This document shows, piece after piece, positions 16,414 to 25,755 of a stretch of 64,000 bases of DNA (its first letter is position 1; the number at the start of each line of letters is the position of its first letter). Source of the DNA: a virus; IMG/VR virus record IMGVR_UViG_3300042731_008053. One strand, written 5' to 3'. The notes below the pieces were generated by a model that saw only the letters and a program-made list of their open reading frames with translations, made no database searches and was not told the origin of the DNA. The translations under genes and the position numbers were made by a program.

Positions 16414-16773
16414 ATGGCAGACACGAACGACATCTTTGGTGTAGATCAGGCGGACATTTCGGAGACTTCCTCTGTCGATTACCCGAGCGTCGAGATCAGA
16501 CAACTCACGATGGCCAGCCCCGGCTGGCGTGCTGTATACGAAGACGACGAAGGTATGGATGATGTCGTTGCCTTCCCGATCTGTGCTATTGGTGTCGTGG
16601 AGATCACGCCAGAGTCCGGTGTACCGTACGAAGATGTGCGACATTTCGTGGGCCTTCCCACCGGTGTTATCCAGGACGCGCGTCAGATCGAAAACTTTTT
16701 GTGCGTCGTGGCGCCAGATCAGCGTTTGGAAGACGTTGTTGCGGCGATCAAGACACAACGTCAATTGATGTGA
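16414..16773 (+). CDS. hypothetical acidic protein
   Basis: ORF track. Confidence 0.45.
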   Translation: MADTNDIFGVDQADISETSSVDYPSVEIRQLTMASPGWRAVYEDDEGMDDVVAFPICAIGVVEITPESGVPYEDVRHFVGLPTGVIQDARQIENFLCVVAPDQRLEDVVAAIKTQRQLM

Positions 16774-16784
16774 AAGGACTGATA

Positions 16785-17210
16785 ATGAGCAACGTAACCG
16801 TAAAAGCCGGCCTGTACGATCATTTCAAAGGCGAGAAAAAAGCCCTCGTGTTTGCCGTTGGTAAGCACAGCGAAGCACACCATCTGCGCTGCGTGTACTA
16901 CTTCGAGATCGACAAGGACAACGCCATCGTCGATGTATGGCACCGTCCCGTCGATGATTTCACCACGCGCATCATTCGCGACCTGGCCAAGCCCGGTGAC
17001 ACGCCCAAGCCGTATGACGGTCCCCGTTTTTGGCGGATTGGCACGCTTGACGATGGCCTCAAGCTCGTGGGCTGCACACTTCAGGAGCTGCTCGACAAGC
17101 TCGGCGCCAGCGACGCCGTCGAAGCCAAACCAGTCTTCGAGGAAACGGCACCAGAGAAGAAGCGTATCCACGACGCCTCGATGCCTGGCGGCGGCATCCA
17201 TATCGCGTGA
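16785..17210 (+). CDS. DUF1653 family protein
   Basis: GLYDHFKGEKKALVFAVGKHSEAHHLRCVYYFEIDKDNAIVDVWHRPVDDF matches the DUF1653 core (YRHYKG..Y.V...H.ET.E..VVY....WVRP...F). SD AAGGA upstream. Confidence 0.6.
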   Translation: MSNVTVKAGLYDHFKGEKKALVFAVGKHSEAHHLRCVYYFEIDKDNAIVDVWHRPVDDFTTRIIRDLAKPGDTPKPYDGPRFWRIGTLDDGLKLVGCTLQELLDKLGASDAVEAKPVFEETAPEKKRIHDASMPGGGIHIA

Positions 17211-17806
17211 GCTTCGAGCTAGGGCGTCCGCGTCTCCTCATGCGATGGGAGCACCCCGCTTACGCAGCGGGGTGTGCGGCCGAGATCGCGGAGTTCTTCT
17301 GTAAAACACCTAAAGCGCGGTGGTACGGCCAACTCAAGTGTTGGAACGCTTCCACCGCGCTCTGGCGGGGAGCGTTACGTGCAAAGACTGATGCAGAGCG
17401 GCGGCGGGTATTGCAACGCGTCGCGCGCATTTTAGGCTGGCACATCAGCAAACGTGGTGACTTTTCATTTCCGATCGGCGCCGCCGACGACCTACCCACG
17501 TATCCGCTTGCAGTGTTGCAACGTGAGTTGATGGAGGACGCGTGTGTTATGTTGGCGACGCAGCACACAGACGGCTTGTTCAACGCCAGACTGATACAAG
17601 CGCTCGACGAACAAGAGGGAAGTGATGACGAAACCCAACGGATCGAACTCAGATGGCGCATCCGGGACTGGCTCCACGACACGCCCGTCAACAACGTCCC
17701 ACCCAACATCCGTCTCGCTGCGGCAGCGGCTTGGTCCGCAGAACATGGAAAGATTGCTCGCTCGATCGTCGTGGAAGCAGCAATGGGAACAAGACATGGA
17801 CGGTGA
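17207..17806 (+). CDS. hypothetical protein
   Basis: ORF track; GTGA overlap with the upstream gene. Confidence 0.45.
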   Translation: MSFELGRPRLLMRWEHPAYAAGCAAEIAEFFCKTPKARWYGQLKCWNASTALWRGALRAKTDAERRRVLQRVARILGWHISKRGDFSFPIGAADDLPTYPLAVLQRELMEDACVMLATQHTDGLFNARLIQALDEQEGSDDETQRIELRWRIRDWLHDTPVNNVPPNIRLAAAAAWSAEHGKIARSIVVEAAMGTRHGR

Positions 17807-18539
17807 CTACGCTCCCTGGTTTAAGTTGCCGTGGAACCACGGTTCTCGTGCTGCCGGCCTCGCAGCCGACCTGTGTCGTCTCGTGCTTCCCCGTGCGCCA
17901 AAGCTACGCAGCATCGACGAGGGTCACGGGCCGTTCAGGGGCCGCGTAGAGGCCGAGACCGACGATAGTCATGTTGAGCTGCCGGACGCCCGAAAGGCCA
18001 TCACACGGGCTCTCCGGCTTGTTGAGGCATTCGCTAACGGTGAGATCATGGACGTCTTTTTGCCAGAAGCGCTCGAAGAGTACAACGGCGACGACCACAT
18101 CTCACGGATCTACTACACGGCCCGACAATACGGCGACGAGGCACGGCAAAGTGCCTACGGTATTGACCCGAACGCGTTGCCTGAGGCCCAACAGCCCATC
18201 GCGAGCCGTTGGTTTTCAGCAGGCGAGATCGCAGCACTTGCGACCGTCCTCATCCAAAAATGGGCATCACGTTCAGACGGTGGAGGGCACGCCTACAACA
18301 CGTTCCTTCACCGGATCGTCAAGCGTGTGCTGGACGAGGGACTACCGTTCCACGACGTCGCCGAACGGGTCGTACGTTGGCGCTACCGTGATGCGCTAGA
18401 CGGCCGCGAGTCTGTAGAAGAATACCGTCTGGCGTTTGAAGGTGCGTGGGAGATCGGCCGCTACGAGCTTGGCTATAAGCTGCTGGATATGCTCGGCGAA
18501 CTCAGTTCCGACGTGTTTCAGACAACCGACAGCGACTGA
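17745..18539 (+). CDS. hypothetical protein
   Basis: Internal ATG of ORF 17622-18539, chosen to limit overlap; the start is uncertain. Confidence 0.4.
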   Translation: MERLLARSSWKQQWEQDMDGDYAPWFKLPWNHGSRAAGLAADLCRLVLPRAPKLRSIDEGHGPFRGRVEAETDDSHVELPDARKAITRALRLVEAFANGEIMDVFLPEALEEYNGDDHISRIYYTARQYGDEARQSAYGIDPNALPEAQQPIASRWFSAGEIAALATVLIQKWASRSDGGGHAYNTFLHRIVKRVLDEGLPFHDVAERVVRWRYRDALDGRESVEEYRLAFEGAWEIGRYELGYKLLDMLGELSSDVFQTTDSD

Positions 18540-18540
18540 T

Positions 18541-18960
18541 CTATACGGGCTGGTCCCACAATTTCAAGATGCGTTCGACCATGTCCTGGACGTGCTCGTT
18601 TGTCATCGCACGGGTGACAGCTACGGACCAAAAATCGGCAGGCACGCCCTGAATGCCGGTCTTCATTGTTTCGAGCGCAGCAATGTCGAGCCACTTTGCT
18701 GCATCGTACTGAACACCAAGTGTCTCACAAACCCGTCGTTCTACAGCGCGTGCACGAACCTCGGCGGCAAGCAAGCGCCAACGCTCACCGCTATTGGCGT
18801 GAACGAGCGCTTCGTGGATTGTGTCGCGGTTCCACCTTTCGGCGTTCGCTTCAAGGGCGTGGCACGCTTCGTGCGTCGCGTCGCGCACCGTTTTAGCGTC
18901 AGATCCGTAGCGCTGTGCGGTCGCCACAATTCCTTGCGCGACGATGGCTTGAGGTAACAC
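18541..18960 (-). CDS. hypothetical protein (single reverse-strand gene inside the + block)
   Basis: 139-aa ORF with protein-like composition, convergent with the upstream + gene. The competing + strand ORF 18436-18957 is Cys/Arg-rich and looks like an artefact. Confidence 0.35.
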   Translation of the reverse strand: MLPQAIVAQGIVATAQRYGSDAKTVRDATHEACHALEANAERWNRDTIHEALVHANSGERWRLLAAEVRARAVERRVCETLGVQYDAAKWLDIAALETMKTGIQGVPADFWSVAVTRAMTNEHVQDMVERILKLWDQPV

Positions 18961-19018
18961 AGGTCAAGCGTTGCACATCCATCGAGCATTGTCACAGGCT
19001 GTCGGTATACTTCGAGAC

Positions 19019-19576
19019 ATGTCGTCAGAACTACCCGATGTTTCTCCAGCCGAGGTCATTCGCGTGGCCGACGGGATCCGACTCTCGGACTGGAAGTCGT
19101 TGCGTTACGGTCTGGAATTTTGCCGGGACCTGGCTACCTGTCTTCACCAAGAGTGCATCTTGCGTTCAGCGACACGCATCATCAATGGCCACACCGAACG
19201 TCGAGACTACTACCACGCCTGGGTACCCGACGGTATTACAACGAACCTCAAACAGTCGATCGTGACGACAACGGCGATGCTGGAAAACAAGGGTCCTTAC
19301 AAGTCGCTGATGGTCTCAGACTTGTGGGAGCAGTTGCGCCTACTGTCGCTCAATGTTCGTCCTCTCCATGTGCGTCGTTCGTACATCGTGGACATCGAAA
19401 CGCCCTGGCGCTGGCGCGACTTCAGCGGAAAGGACGAGCTACCAGATGAAACGATTCTCGAAGCCCTCAAAGCTATCATCGAGACAGAGGACTACAAATT
19501 CGCCGAGCAGTTTGTTCACCAGCACGTTCGCACCAATGCATGGAAAGGTGTTGTTCGGTTGCCGGTACCGTCATGA
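19019..19576 (+). CDS. hypothetical protein
   Basis: Internal ATG of ORF 18971-19576. Confidence 0.45.
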   Translation: MSSELPDVSPAEVIRVADGIRLSDWKSLRYGLEFCRDLATCLHQECILRSATRIINGHTERRDYYHAWVPDGITTNLKQSIVTTTAMLENKGPYKSLMVSDLWEQLRLLSLNVRPLHVRRSYIVDIETPWRWRDFSGKDELPDETILEALKAIIETEDYKFAEQFVHQHVRTNAWKGVVRLPVPS

Positions 19577-19911
19577 GCAACGCGCGTCCTATCGGTAGGC
19601 GACCATCTTTTGCTGTGTTGCTCAGCATTGAAGGGCTTCTTGACGGCGAACGCTCGTACGCCAGGTTGATGGAGTTTTACGTACTCAGCAACAGTGACAT
19701 CGTCCAGAACTTGGCTTTACCTACGACTCTCACCACTACACGCATTCGTGCACAGATTGCACGTGAAGGCGATCCAGACGCTGAAAGCAACGTTGCGCAA
19801 CACCTCGTAGACATGGTGCCTCAAGACATTTGGGATGCGTGCATCGCTGCTATGTCAGGGGGCAGTCCCGAGACATGTAAGCAAATTCTCGCCGACTGGA
19901 TCGGGGGATGA
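19573..19911 (+). CDS. hypothetical protein
   Basis: ATGA overlap with the upstream gene. Confidence 0.45.
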   Translation: MSNARPIGRRPSFAVLLSIEGLLDGERSYARLMEFYVLSNSDIVQNLALPTTLTTTRIRAQIAREGDPDAESNVAQHLVDMVPQDIWDACIAAMSGGSPETCKQILADWIGG

Positions 19912-19925
19912 TCGCAGCTGCGATC
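19910..19925. promoter_or_regulatory. Operator-like palindrome GATCGCAGCTGCGATC (copy 2 of 4)
   Basis: Identical 16-mer 17 bp upstream of ATG 19943, followed by CAGTACAATAG. Confidence 0.5.
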
Positions 19926-19942
19926 GGCAGTACAATAGCTCC

Positions 19943-21109
19943 ATGTCCAAGTCCCCGCTGGCGCAACCCGTTTATGGCGGCTCGGTGCCCACAGATGTCC
20001 AGAATCTGTGGTCGTTCGCCGAGACACACTACATGGGCGTCCCGGCCCAGCGACCAGGTTCAACCTGGACGCAAACTGAGGCCCAAAGCGCCGCAACGCT
20101 AACACGCCTGTACTACGATCAGTTTCTCAAAGCCATCAAAGCGCCTACGACGATGCTGTTGCCGGATGGCAGCGCTATCGAAGAAGGAGACGCTTACTGG
20201 GCGTGTGACACGCGGCTGTGTGAGTCAGGCTGCACCAACATGGCTTCGATTTGCCGTCCTGACGCCAGGGCGCAGGTTGTCGGCGGCCTGGTCCAGTGGC
20301 TTGGCCACAATAGCGGCAATAAACAGTTGATGCAGGCCGTCATCGGTACTGACACAACGATGATCGGTGACATCCTGGATGCCGAGACCAGTGATGCAGT
20401 CCGTCAGGCCGTAGCCGGTCAAGCAGGCAGCATTCCTGTTGAACGTATGCTTCTCAACGTGTACGGCAAGCCGGGTGAGTATGCCTCGTGGACGGTTAAC
20501 GGATTGCTGCGTATTTTGGGTGGCTGGCCTGCCAGCGGCAGTGTGGGCTTTCAGGGAGAAGCACCATCGTTTCAGACGATCATGAACGCCATCGATTCGC
20601 TCAGACGTATGGTGACGCCTGCAATGCCGGTGAACATTCGTATCCAGATCGCCAAGTACATCAGCGATACCATGCAAGGCAACCGGTACAAAGCCGACGG
20701 TACGTTGGTACAAGGCAAAGACATTCGGCTTCCTGGAGATCGGCCCGGTCCGTGGTCGAGTGCTGAGCGTGGCAAGTTGTTTGAGCAAGCGTCACAACTC
20801 GCGGCCGACGCGACTAGCCCCAAGCTGAATCCTCCGACGTCAGTTCCCGACACGATCCCGAATCCGTGGCGGCCCAGCTCGAAAGACATTCCAACTGAAG
20901 CGTGGCCGCCCAAAACAGGTGTTTTCGGGAAGCACACCAACCTCGTTTTTGGTATTGGTGCAGGCCTTCTTGCGTTTTTGGGTGCTGGCGCGCTCATCAC
21001 GGTTTACAAGCGTCGGTACAAACAGAACGCACCGCTTGCACTTCAACCTCTTGGGCGCGCCCACTTTCCGTCGGCCGCCAAGGTCCGTCAGTACATCCGT
21101 CGGAGGTAG
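19943..21109 (+). CDS. hypothetical C-terminally membrane-anchored protein (388 aa)
   Basis: Internal ATG of ORF 19835-21109 (MSKSPLAQ...). C-terminal TM NLVFGIGAGLLAFLGAGALITVY followed by KRRYKQN. Confidence 0.55.
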   Translation: MSKSPLAQPVYGGSVPTDVQNLWSFAETHYMGVPAQRPGSTWTQTEAQSAATLTRLYYDQFLKAIKAPTTMLLPDGSAIEEGDAYWACDTRLCESGCTNMASICRPDARAQVVGGLVQWLGHNSGNKQLMQAVIGTDTTMIGDILDAETSDAVRQAVAGQAGSIPVERMLLNVYGKPGEYASWTVNGLLRILGGWPASGSVGFQGEAPSFQTIMNAIDSLRRMVTPAMPVNIRIQIAKYISDTMQGNRYKADGTLVQGKDIRLPGDRPGPWSSAERGKLFEQASQLAADATSPKLNPPTSVPDTIPNPWRPSSKDIPTEAWPPKTGVFGKHTNLVFGIGAGLLAFLGAGALITVYKRRYKQNAPLALQPLGRAHFPSAAKVRQYIRRR

Positions 21110-21111
21110 GC

Positions 21112-21519
21112 ATGCCAGACACCGAAACCCCAACCAAGATCAAAACGACTGCCAGACAAAAAGCCCAAACGACAGCGCCGTGGGTTGCGCTTGCTGCAGC
21201 CATCGCGGTTCCCTTCTTTTCATATTTGGAGGCACGTGACACGGCGCGTGCAGCGCGAGACAAGGTCAACAACGTCCAACAGAGCGCGACCAAGATCGAC
21301 AAGCAGACTGACACGACCTTCAAGCTCGTGATGTTCGAGTTGCGGCGTCTGGGTAAGGACGTTGAGGCCTGTCACGCCAAGTACGCCGATCTACAGAAAA
21401 ACATTGACGAGCGTCGAGCCAGTCACCTACGTCGAATCAAGCGACCTCCGCCTCAGAAAGCGTTGCCAAAAAGCTACCACGATGTAAAATCGCCACCTGA
21501 TGGGGGCCAAAAACCTTGA
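21112..21519 (+). CDS. hypothetical protein with N-terminal TM segment
   Basis: GGAGG 6 nt upstream of ATG; WVALAAAIAVPFFSYL TM segment. Confidence 0.5.
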   Translation: MPDTETPTKIKTTARQKAQTTAPWVALAAAIAVPFFSYLEARDTARAARDKVNNVQQSATKIDKQTDTTFKLVMFELRRLGKDVEACHAKYADLQKNIDERRASHLRRIKRPPPQKALPKSYHDVKSPPDGGQKP

Positions 21520-21997
21520 GCAGTTTGTCTGCTATCTCGCTGAGTGTGGCATCGACGACAACTGCGACGACCTGAAAAAACTTGTTGAAGAAGGCCGCGC
21601 CGATGACATCAAGGCGCATTTGTCGAGTTGGGTACGCGAGAAGGCGCGTAACGCGCTTGCCGACAACCCGCGTGAGTCACGCAGCGATCTGAACATCGAC
21701 GAGTTGACGCATCAAGTGTCCAATGACGTTGCGGAACTCAGGATCGCGTTTGAAGACGGTGTAGACGCTATTCTTGAGCCGTTCGACGAAGCCACCCTTC
21801 ATGCGTTTATTGAACATTTTGGTGACCGTACACGCGTTCGTCGCAACGGTCCGGTTGCTGTTGACATCTGTTACCGGGCACAAGTTATGGCTAGTCGGCG
21901 CCGCCGTCTACGTGAAGCACAACGGCAACGGCTGAAAGCTGAAGACTACTGCGAACGACACGAATGCGTGGTCAAAGACTGCGCCGACAAGCATTAG
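21500..21997 (+). CDS. hypothetical protein
   Basis: ORF track. Confidence 0.45.
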   Translation: MGAKNLEQFVCYLAECGIDDNCDDLKKLVEEGRADDIKAHLSSWVREKARNALADNPRESRSDLNIDELTHQVSNDVAELRIAFEDGVDAILEPFDEATLHAFIEHFGDRTRVRRNGPVAVDICYRAQVMASRRRRLREAQRQRLKAEDYCERHECVVKDCADKH

Positions 21998-21998
21998 C

Positions 21999-22541
21999 AT
22001 GCCTGACAGCGGCGACTTTTCTATCGGCTCCAACCGTTGGCCTGGGATCAGTAAACTCATTGAGGAGTGCAATGAGGTGGGACAGGTCTGCGGCAAGCTC
22101 ATTGGTAGCAGCGGCGAAATCATGCACTGGGACGGTACAAACCTGAAAGACCGTCTCGAAGGCGAGTTGGGAGATGTCCTGGCAGCCATCGACTTCGTCT
22201 CGCAGTACTGTGGGCTGAACAAAGTACGCATCGCTGATCGGCGGGCATTCAAATTTGCGCGATTTCGTCGTTGGCAAAAGAATCCAATCCCTGTGCCCAA
22301 AATGCCGACAGCTGCCAAGGCGGTGCCGCCTCCTGGTACACCAGATGGTAACGATGGTGCTGTTTGGGGCGAAGACGGCATCTGGAGCAAAGACGGCAAG
22401 ACCTATTTGTCATGCGGCTTTGCTATGGTGGGTCCTGAGTGTAAATGCAACGGGTGCAAGTGGGAACGTGACGAGCTACCGCAATACAGCAGTCTCGATG
22501 AAGCCATGAAGGATCGTTCGGAGGAACGACAAAACAAATGA
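21999..22541 (+). CDS. MazG-like nucleotide pyrophosphohydrolase domain protein (tentative)
   Basis: LIEECNEVGQ...LEGELGDVLAAIDFVSQY resembles the E-E-x-x-E ... E-x-x-D metal-binding helices of MazG-type NTP pyrophosphatases. Confidence 0.5.
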   Translation: MPDSGDFSIGSNRWPGISKLIEECNEVGQVCGKLIGSSGEIMHWDGTNLKDRLEGELGDVLAAIDFVSQYCGLNKVRIADRRAFKFARFRRWQKNPIPVPKMPTAAKAVPPPGTPDGNDGAVWGEDGIWSKDGKTYLSCGFAMVGPECKCNGCKWERDELPQYSSLDEAMKDRSEERQNK

Positions 22542-22562
22542 ACGTATGGAAGGAAGATCAAA

Positions 22563-23099
22563 TTGGGTAGACAGTCTCACGGTAACCGTCCAAGACCAAC
22601 CGGGCCTCGCACCAATAGCCGCATCCGTTTTTCGCCGGTCTTCGTTGTCCTCGAAGACGGTACCAAGCTCGGTGTCATGCCAACTGACGACGCGCGCACG
22701 AAAGCAGCCGAGCTGGGACTTGACCTGGTTGAGGTGTCACCCAATGCACGTCCACCTGTCTGTAAGATCATGGACTTTGGTAAGTTCAAGTACGACGAAA
22801 AGAAGCGTAAGAACGAACAGAAAAAACGCCAAGCCAAAGTCGAGTTGAAGATCATCAAGCTGCGCCCAAAAACGGACACGCACGACCTGGCGTTCAAAGC
22901 CAAAGCAGCTCGCAAATTCCTCGAAGCCGGCAACCGGGTCCAGTTTGAAGTGCGATTTCGTGGCCGTGAAAATGCGCATCCCAGAACGGGTCGCGCCGCG
23001 CTCGACAAGTTGATGGCGGACCTGGTCGATGTTGCCAAGCTCGAACGAGCCGCTCGCTACGAAAACCGTGTCATGACGATGCTCGTCGGCCCAAAATAG
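22563..23099 (+). CDS. infC: translation initiation factor IF-3
   Basis: RTNSRIRFSPVFVVLEDGTKLGVMPTDDARTKAAELGLDLVEVSPNARPPVCKIMDFGKFKYDEKKRKNEQKKRQ...VRFRGRENAHPRTG is collinear with bacterial IF3 N- and C-domains. Non-AUG start (TTG) 6 nt after SD GGAAGGAAG, as in other IF3 genes with non-AUG starts. Confidence 0.85.
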   Translation: MGRQSHGNRPRPTGPRTNSRIRFSPVFVVLEDGTKLGVMPTDDARTKAAELGLDLVEVSPNARPPVCKIMDFGKFKYDEKKRKNEQKKRQAKVELKIIKLRPKTDTHDLAFKAKAARKFLEAGNRVQFEVRFRGRENAHPRTGRAALDKLMADLVDVAKLERAARYENRVMTMLVGPK

Positions 23100-23110
23100 G
23101 AGCCCACGCC

Positions 23111-23605
23111 GTGATTGAGATTTTGGTCGATGGTTTTTGGGTGAACGAAGCTGAACACGGCGGTGTTCGTGTTCGGGACGTGTTTCGCACGACAGACGTT
23201 CCTGGCTACGTTAGTCGTGTGACGGCCATTATTCCTGACGGCAATGGTGGTCACGAGATCAAAAGCGTTCCTATCGGGCGCAGCACAAAAAGTATTCCTG
23301 TCGGGCACAGCACAAAAAGTACGCCTCATCAGGATGTGACAGCCAATCGGACACGGCCAAAAACACTGCCGTGGCCTCCGGGTGCAGCCCGTGAGTTCTT
23401 GCTCAAGGTCTCGTGCCTCGCGTACTCCGCATTCCGTAACCTGGAAGTACCGCTGGCTGTTCCTGCACCCTGGGTAAGTCTTGCAACGCATGTCGCATGC
23501 TTAGAGGAAGACGTCCAGCGGCTTGTAGAAAAAGTTAACCGTCTTCATGACGAGCGCGATCACTACCGTGACCTTGTTCTGTCAAACGGTAAGAATGGCG
23601 AGTAG
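23111..23605 (+). CDS. hypothetical protein; contains a 27-bp tandem duplication (23268-23321)
   Basis: GTG start; repeat encodes SVPIGRSTK / SIPVGHSTK. Confidence 0.45.
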   Translation: MIEILVDGFWVNEAEHGGVRVRDVFRTTDVPGYVSRVTAIIPDGNGGHEIKSVPIGRSTKSIPVGHSTKSTPHQDVTANRTRPKTLPWPPGAAREFLLKVSCLAYSAFRNLEVPLAVPAPWVSLATHVACLEEDVQRLVEKVNRLHDERDHYRDLVLSNGKNGE

Positions 23606-23801
23606 GCTCTCCTTCGAGTTTCCTGATTGGCTGGCGGGACGATGGCGTATTAGGCAAGTCACGGATACGTGTTTCTTCATCGAAGTACTGACCGGCAACC
23701 AGCATGGCGATCCTTACTGGGCCCTGAGAGAAGAAGTGCACAAAGAACACGGTTGGAAGTGGTCGTTGTGTGCTGAGCTAACAAAGAACGAATCTGAATG
23801 A
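23595..23801 (+). CDS. hypothetical small protein
   Basis: Internal ATG of ORF 23547-23801. Confidence 0.3.
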   Translation: MASRLSFEFPDWLAGRWRIRQVTDTCFFIEVLTGNQHGDPYWALREEVHKEHGWKWSLCAELTKNESE

Positions 23802-24115
23802 CTGACGACTTATTCCAACAACCATCAACCCCTTTGCCGCTTCCACCAGCACACCATGTCGAATCTGCTGCGTGTCGCCACGGCTGGTCGGCCTACGATG
23901 AGAACGGTAATCCGGTTTGGTTGACGTGCGATTGCGAGGATCCAACGCATCCGTGGTCGCCTCGTTCTGCGACCGATGGGCCGCGCGACTGCGATTGCTA
24001 TCACTGTGGTATCAAGCCTCGTGCAGAGCGTGGTCGCGCGCCGTGCGAGTACGCTGACCACCACTGTCCGTCGTGTCACGAGCGTGGACTGTGCACTGCG
24101 GAGGTATGCAGGTGA
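23798..24115 (+). CDS. hypothetical Cys/His-rich protein
   Basis: ATGA overlap; CDCEDP..CDCYHCG..HHCPSCHERGLC. Confidence 0.4.
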   Translation: MTDDLFQQPSTPLPLPPAHHVESAACRHGWSAYDENGNPVWLTCDCEDPTHPWSPRSATDGPRDCDCYHCGIKPRAERGRAPCEYADHHCPSCHERGLCTAEVCR

Positions 24116-24285
24116 TGGAGGCTGACGTGTGATATACCGTTCGCCCCATATGGAAGTGCATCGTGGCCCCTTATGCTTGTTGTGCCTGTTCGGTTGGCAT
24201 CGCACACATGAAAACGTAGTCTGGGATTGGCCAATACGCACTTCCACGACAATTTGCTGCCGCTGGTGCGGTCGATGGCGCCCTC

Positions 24286-24651
24286 ATGAAACTCGTCCAA
24301 ACAACAAACGACGACATACTGCAACCATTCGATAATGGGCGAGACGATCCTGTTGTCTGGCGCTGCTACAGTTGTGGCAACACCAGTGATGACAAGACGA
24401 CCAACGGTTTCCACCAGGTCACGTACGACACTGCGTGCGGCTATGAGTACGACACTGAATGCGGGGAGTGCGGCAGTCTCAACACGTTCTTTGACGGCGA
24501 AGGCGAGCCCGAGTGCGAAGAGTGCAGCAACCTCGGCTGGTACTGTTACAAGTGCAACAAGAGCAAGTGCGGTGAGTGTTGGACCTGGTTTGTTGTCGAA
24601 AAAGAACCCAAGGATTACGTCTGCCCGGACTGTCAAGGAGTGCCTGAGTAA
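24286..24651 (+). CDS. hypothetical Cys-rich protein (multiple CxxC)
   Basis: ORF track. Confidence 0.45.
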   Translation: MKLVQTTNDDILQPFDNGRDDPVVWRCYSCGNTSDDKTTNGFHQVTYDTACGYEYDTECGECGSLNTFFDGEGEPECEECSNLGWYCYKCNKSKCGECWTWFVVEKEPKDYVCPDCQGVPE

Positions 24652-24879
24652 ATGTCGCGCAGCACCAATGAGCCGATCCGTCCTGCCATTTGTGGCGAAC
24701 CGTTCACGGACAAGCAGGGAGCAGCGTCTAGGTGCCATCGAGAGCCCGGGCACAAACAACCCCACGGATATGGTGGGGACCTTGGTGCTCTACGCTGGTT
24801 CCTTCACTACCTGCCAGCCCGAGATCCGATGCGGCCTTTGGTAGAAAAAACGTGGCGTGATCTCGGACAAGACGCCTGA
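24652..24879 (+). CDS. hypothetical protein
   Basis: Starts directly after the upstream stop. Confidence 0.35.
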   Translation: MSRSTNEPIRPAICGEPFTDKQGAASRCHREPGHKQPHGYGGDLGALRWFLHYLPARDPMRPLVEKTWRDLGQDA

Positions 24880-24883
24880 CTAC

Positions 24884-25369
24884 ATGGCGCGGGTGATCAA
24901 AGATGGCACACTCAAACGCGCGACGCACACGTGTGTCTGGCGCCAGTGTCTTACCCTGGTCACGATAGTGCGTACACGACTCGTCAAGACACCCCAGCAA
25001 TGCGAGGCGCATTACGCTGATGGTAGGGGTACGTGGCAGCGGTGCTCAAACGATGCAACACGGTGGACGTCACACGATGGCGATACCATCGCATACTGCA
25101 AGCGTTGTTTAGGTGGAGTCCGGCGCGACCCGACAATCATGAAGCTCGACCGCGTCTACCACGATCGTGCTCACCCTATCCCGGTAGAACGTGATTGCGT
25201 CAAACGGAAAGCTCAACGCGAAGCGAGTTTGGGATACGCTGAACTCCCCGATGACCTGAAGTGCGGCTGCTGCGGCTACTTTCACGATTGTGGTTTGCCT
25301 GACCGTTGTCTTGACGTGTACTGCCGCCACCCCACGTACTTCCTTGGGGAGCAGCTGTGGCAAAGATAA
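24884..25369 (+). CDS. hypothetical Cys-rich protein
   Basis: Internal ATG of ORF 24857-25369. Confidence 0.4.
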   Translation: MARVIKDGTLKRATHTCVWRQCLTLVTIVRTRLVKTPQQCEAHYADGRGTWQRCSNDATRWTSHDGDTIAYCKRCLGGVRRDPTIMKLDRVYHDRAHPIPVERDCVKRKAQREASLGYAELPDDLKCGCCGYFHDCGLPDRCLDVYCRHPTYFLGEQLWQR

Positions 25370-25731
25370 TCGCTCCTGCATGGACGTGTGTTGTTCCGTG
25401 TGGCGACGAAAAAGTCCTCAGGGTTTCTTCGCGGTTTTTCAAGTTGCTTCAGGACTGGGACGTTCCGTGTTACGCACCCCAAACAGACCCTCCGGGCTTA
25501 CCAATCCACTTTGCGCCTGAGTGGGCCGTCAACACCTACCATGATTGCCGGGCTGCCTTGCAGCGAGCACGTCAATTTGGCCAACCGTTCAGTTACGACG
25601 CAAGCCTAGAGTATGCGTTGAGACGTGCAACCAGAGATCCCGAATTCAGAGCGGCTTTGTGTGCTGCCCTCGCAGTCAAAGGCGGTGCTGCGCGTTTTAT
25701 CAAGGCTCAAATGAAGTCTGCGCCACTCTAG
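25357..25731 (+). CDS. hypothetical protein
   Basis: GTG start overlapping the upstream gene. Confidence 0.4.
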   Translation: MAKIIAPAWTCVVPCGDEKVLRVSSRFFKLLQDWDVPCYAPQTDPPGLPIHFAPEWAVNTYHDCRAALQRARQFGQPFSYDASLEYALRRATRDPEFRAALCAALAVKGGAARFIKAQMKSAPL

Positions 25732-25755
25732 ACGTATGCTATAGTCGCCAAAACC

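Noticed and set aside
18436-18957. + strand ORF 18436-18957 (173 aa) as the gene in this interval
   Set aside because: Cys/Arg-rich, low-complexity translation; the opposite-strand ORF 18541-18960 has normal protein composition and a clean convergent junction with the upstream gene.
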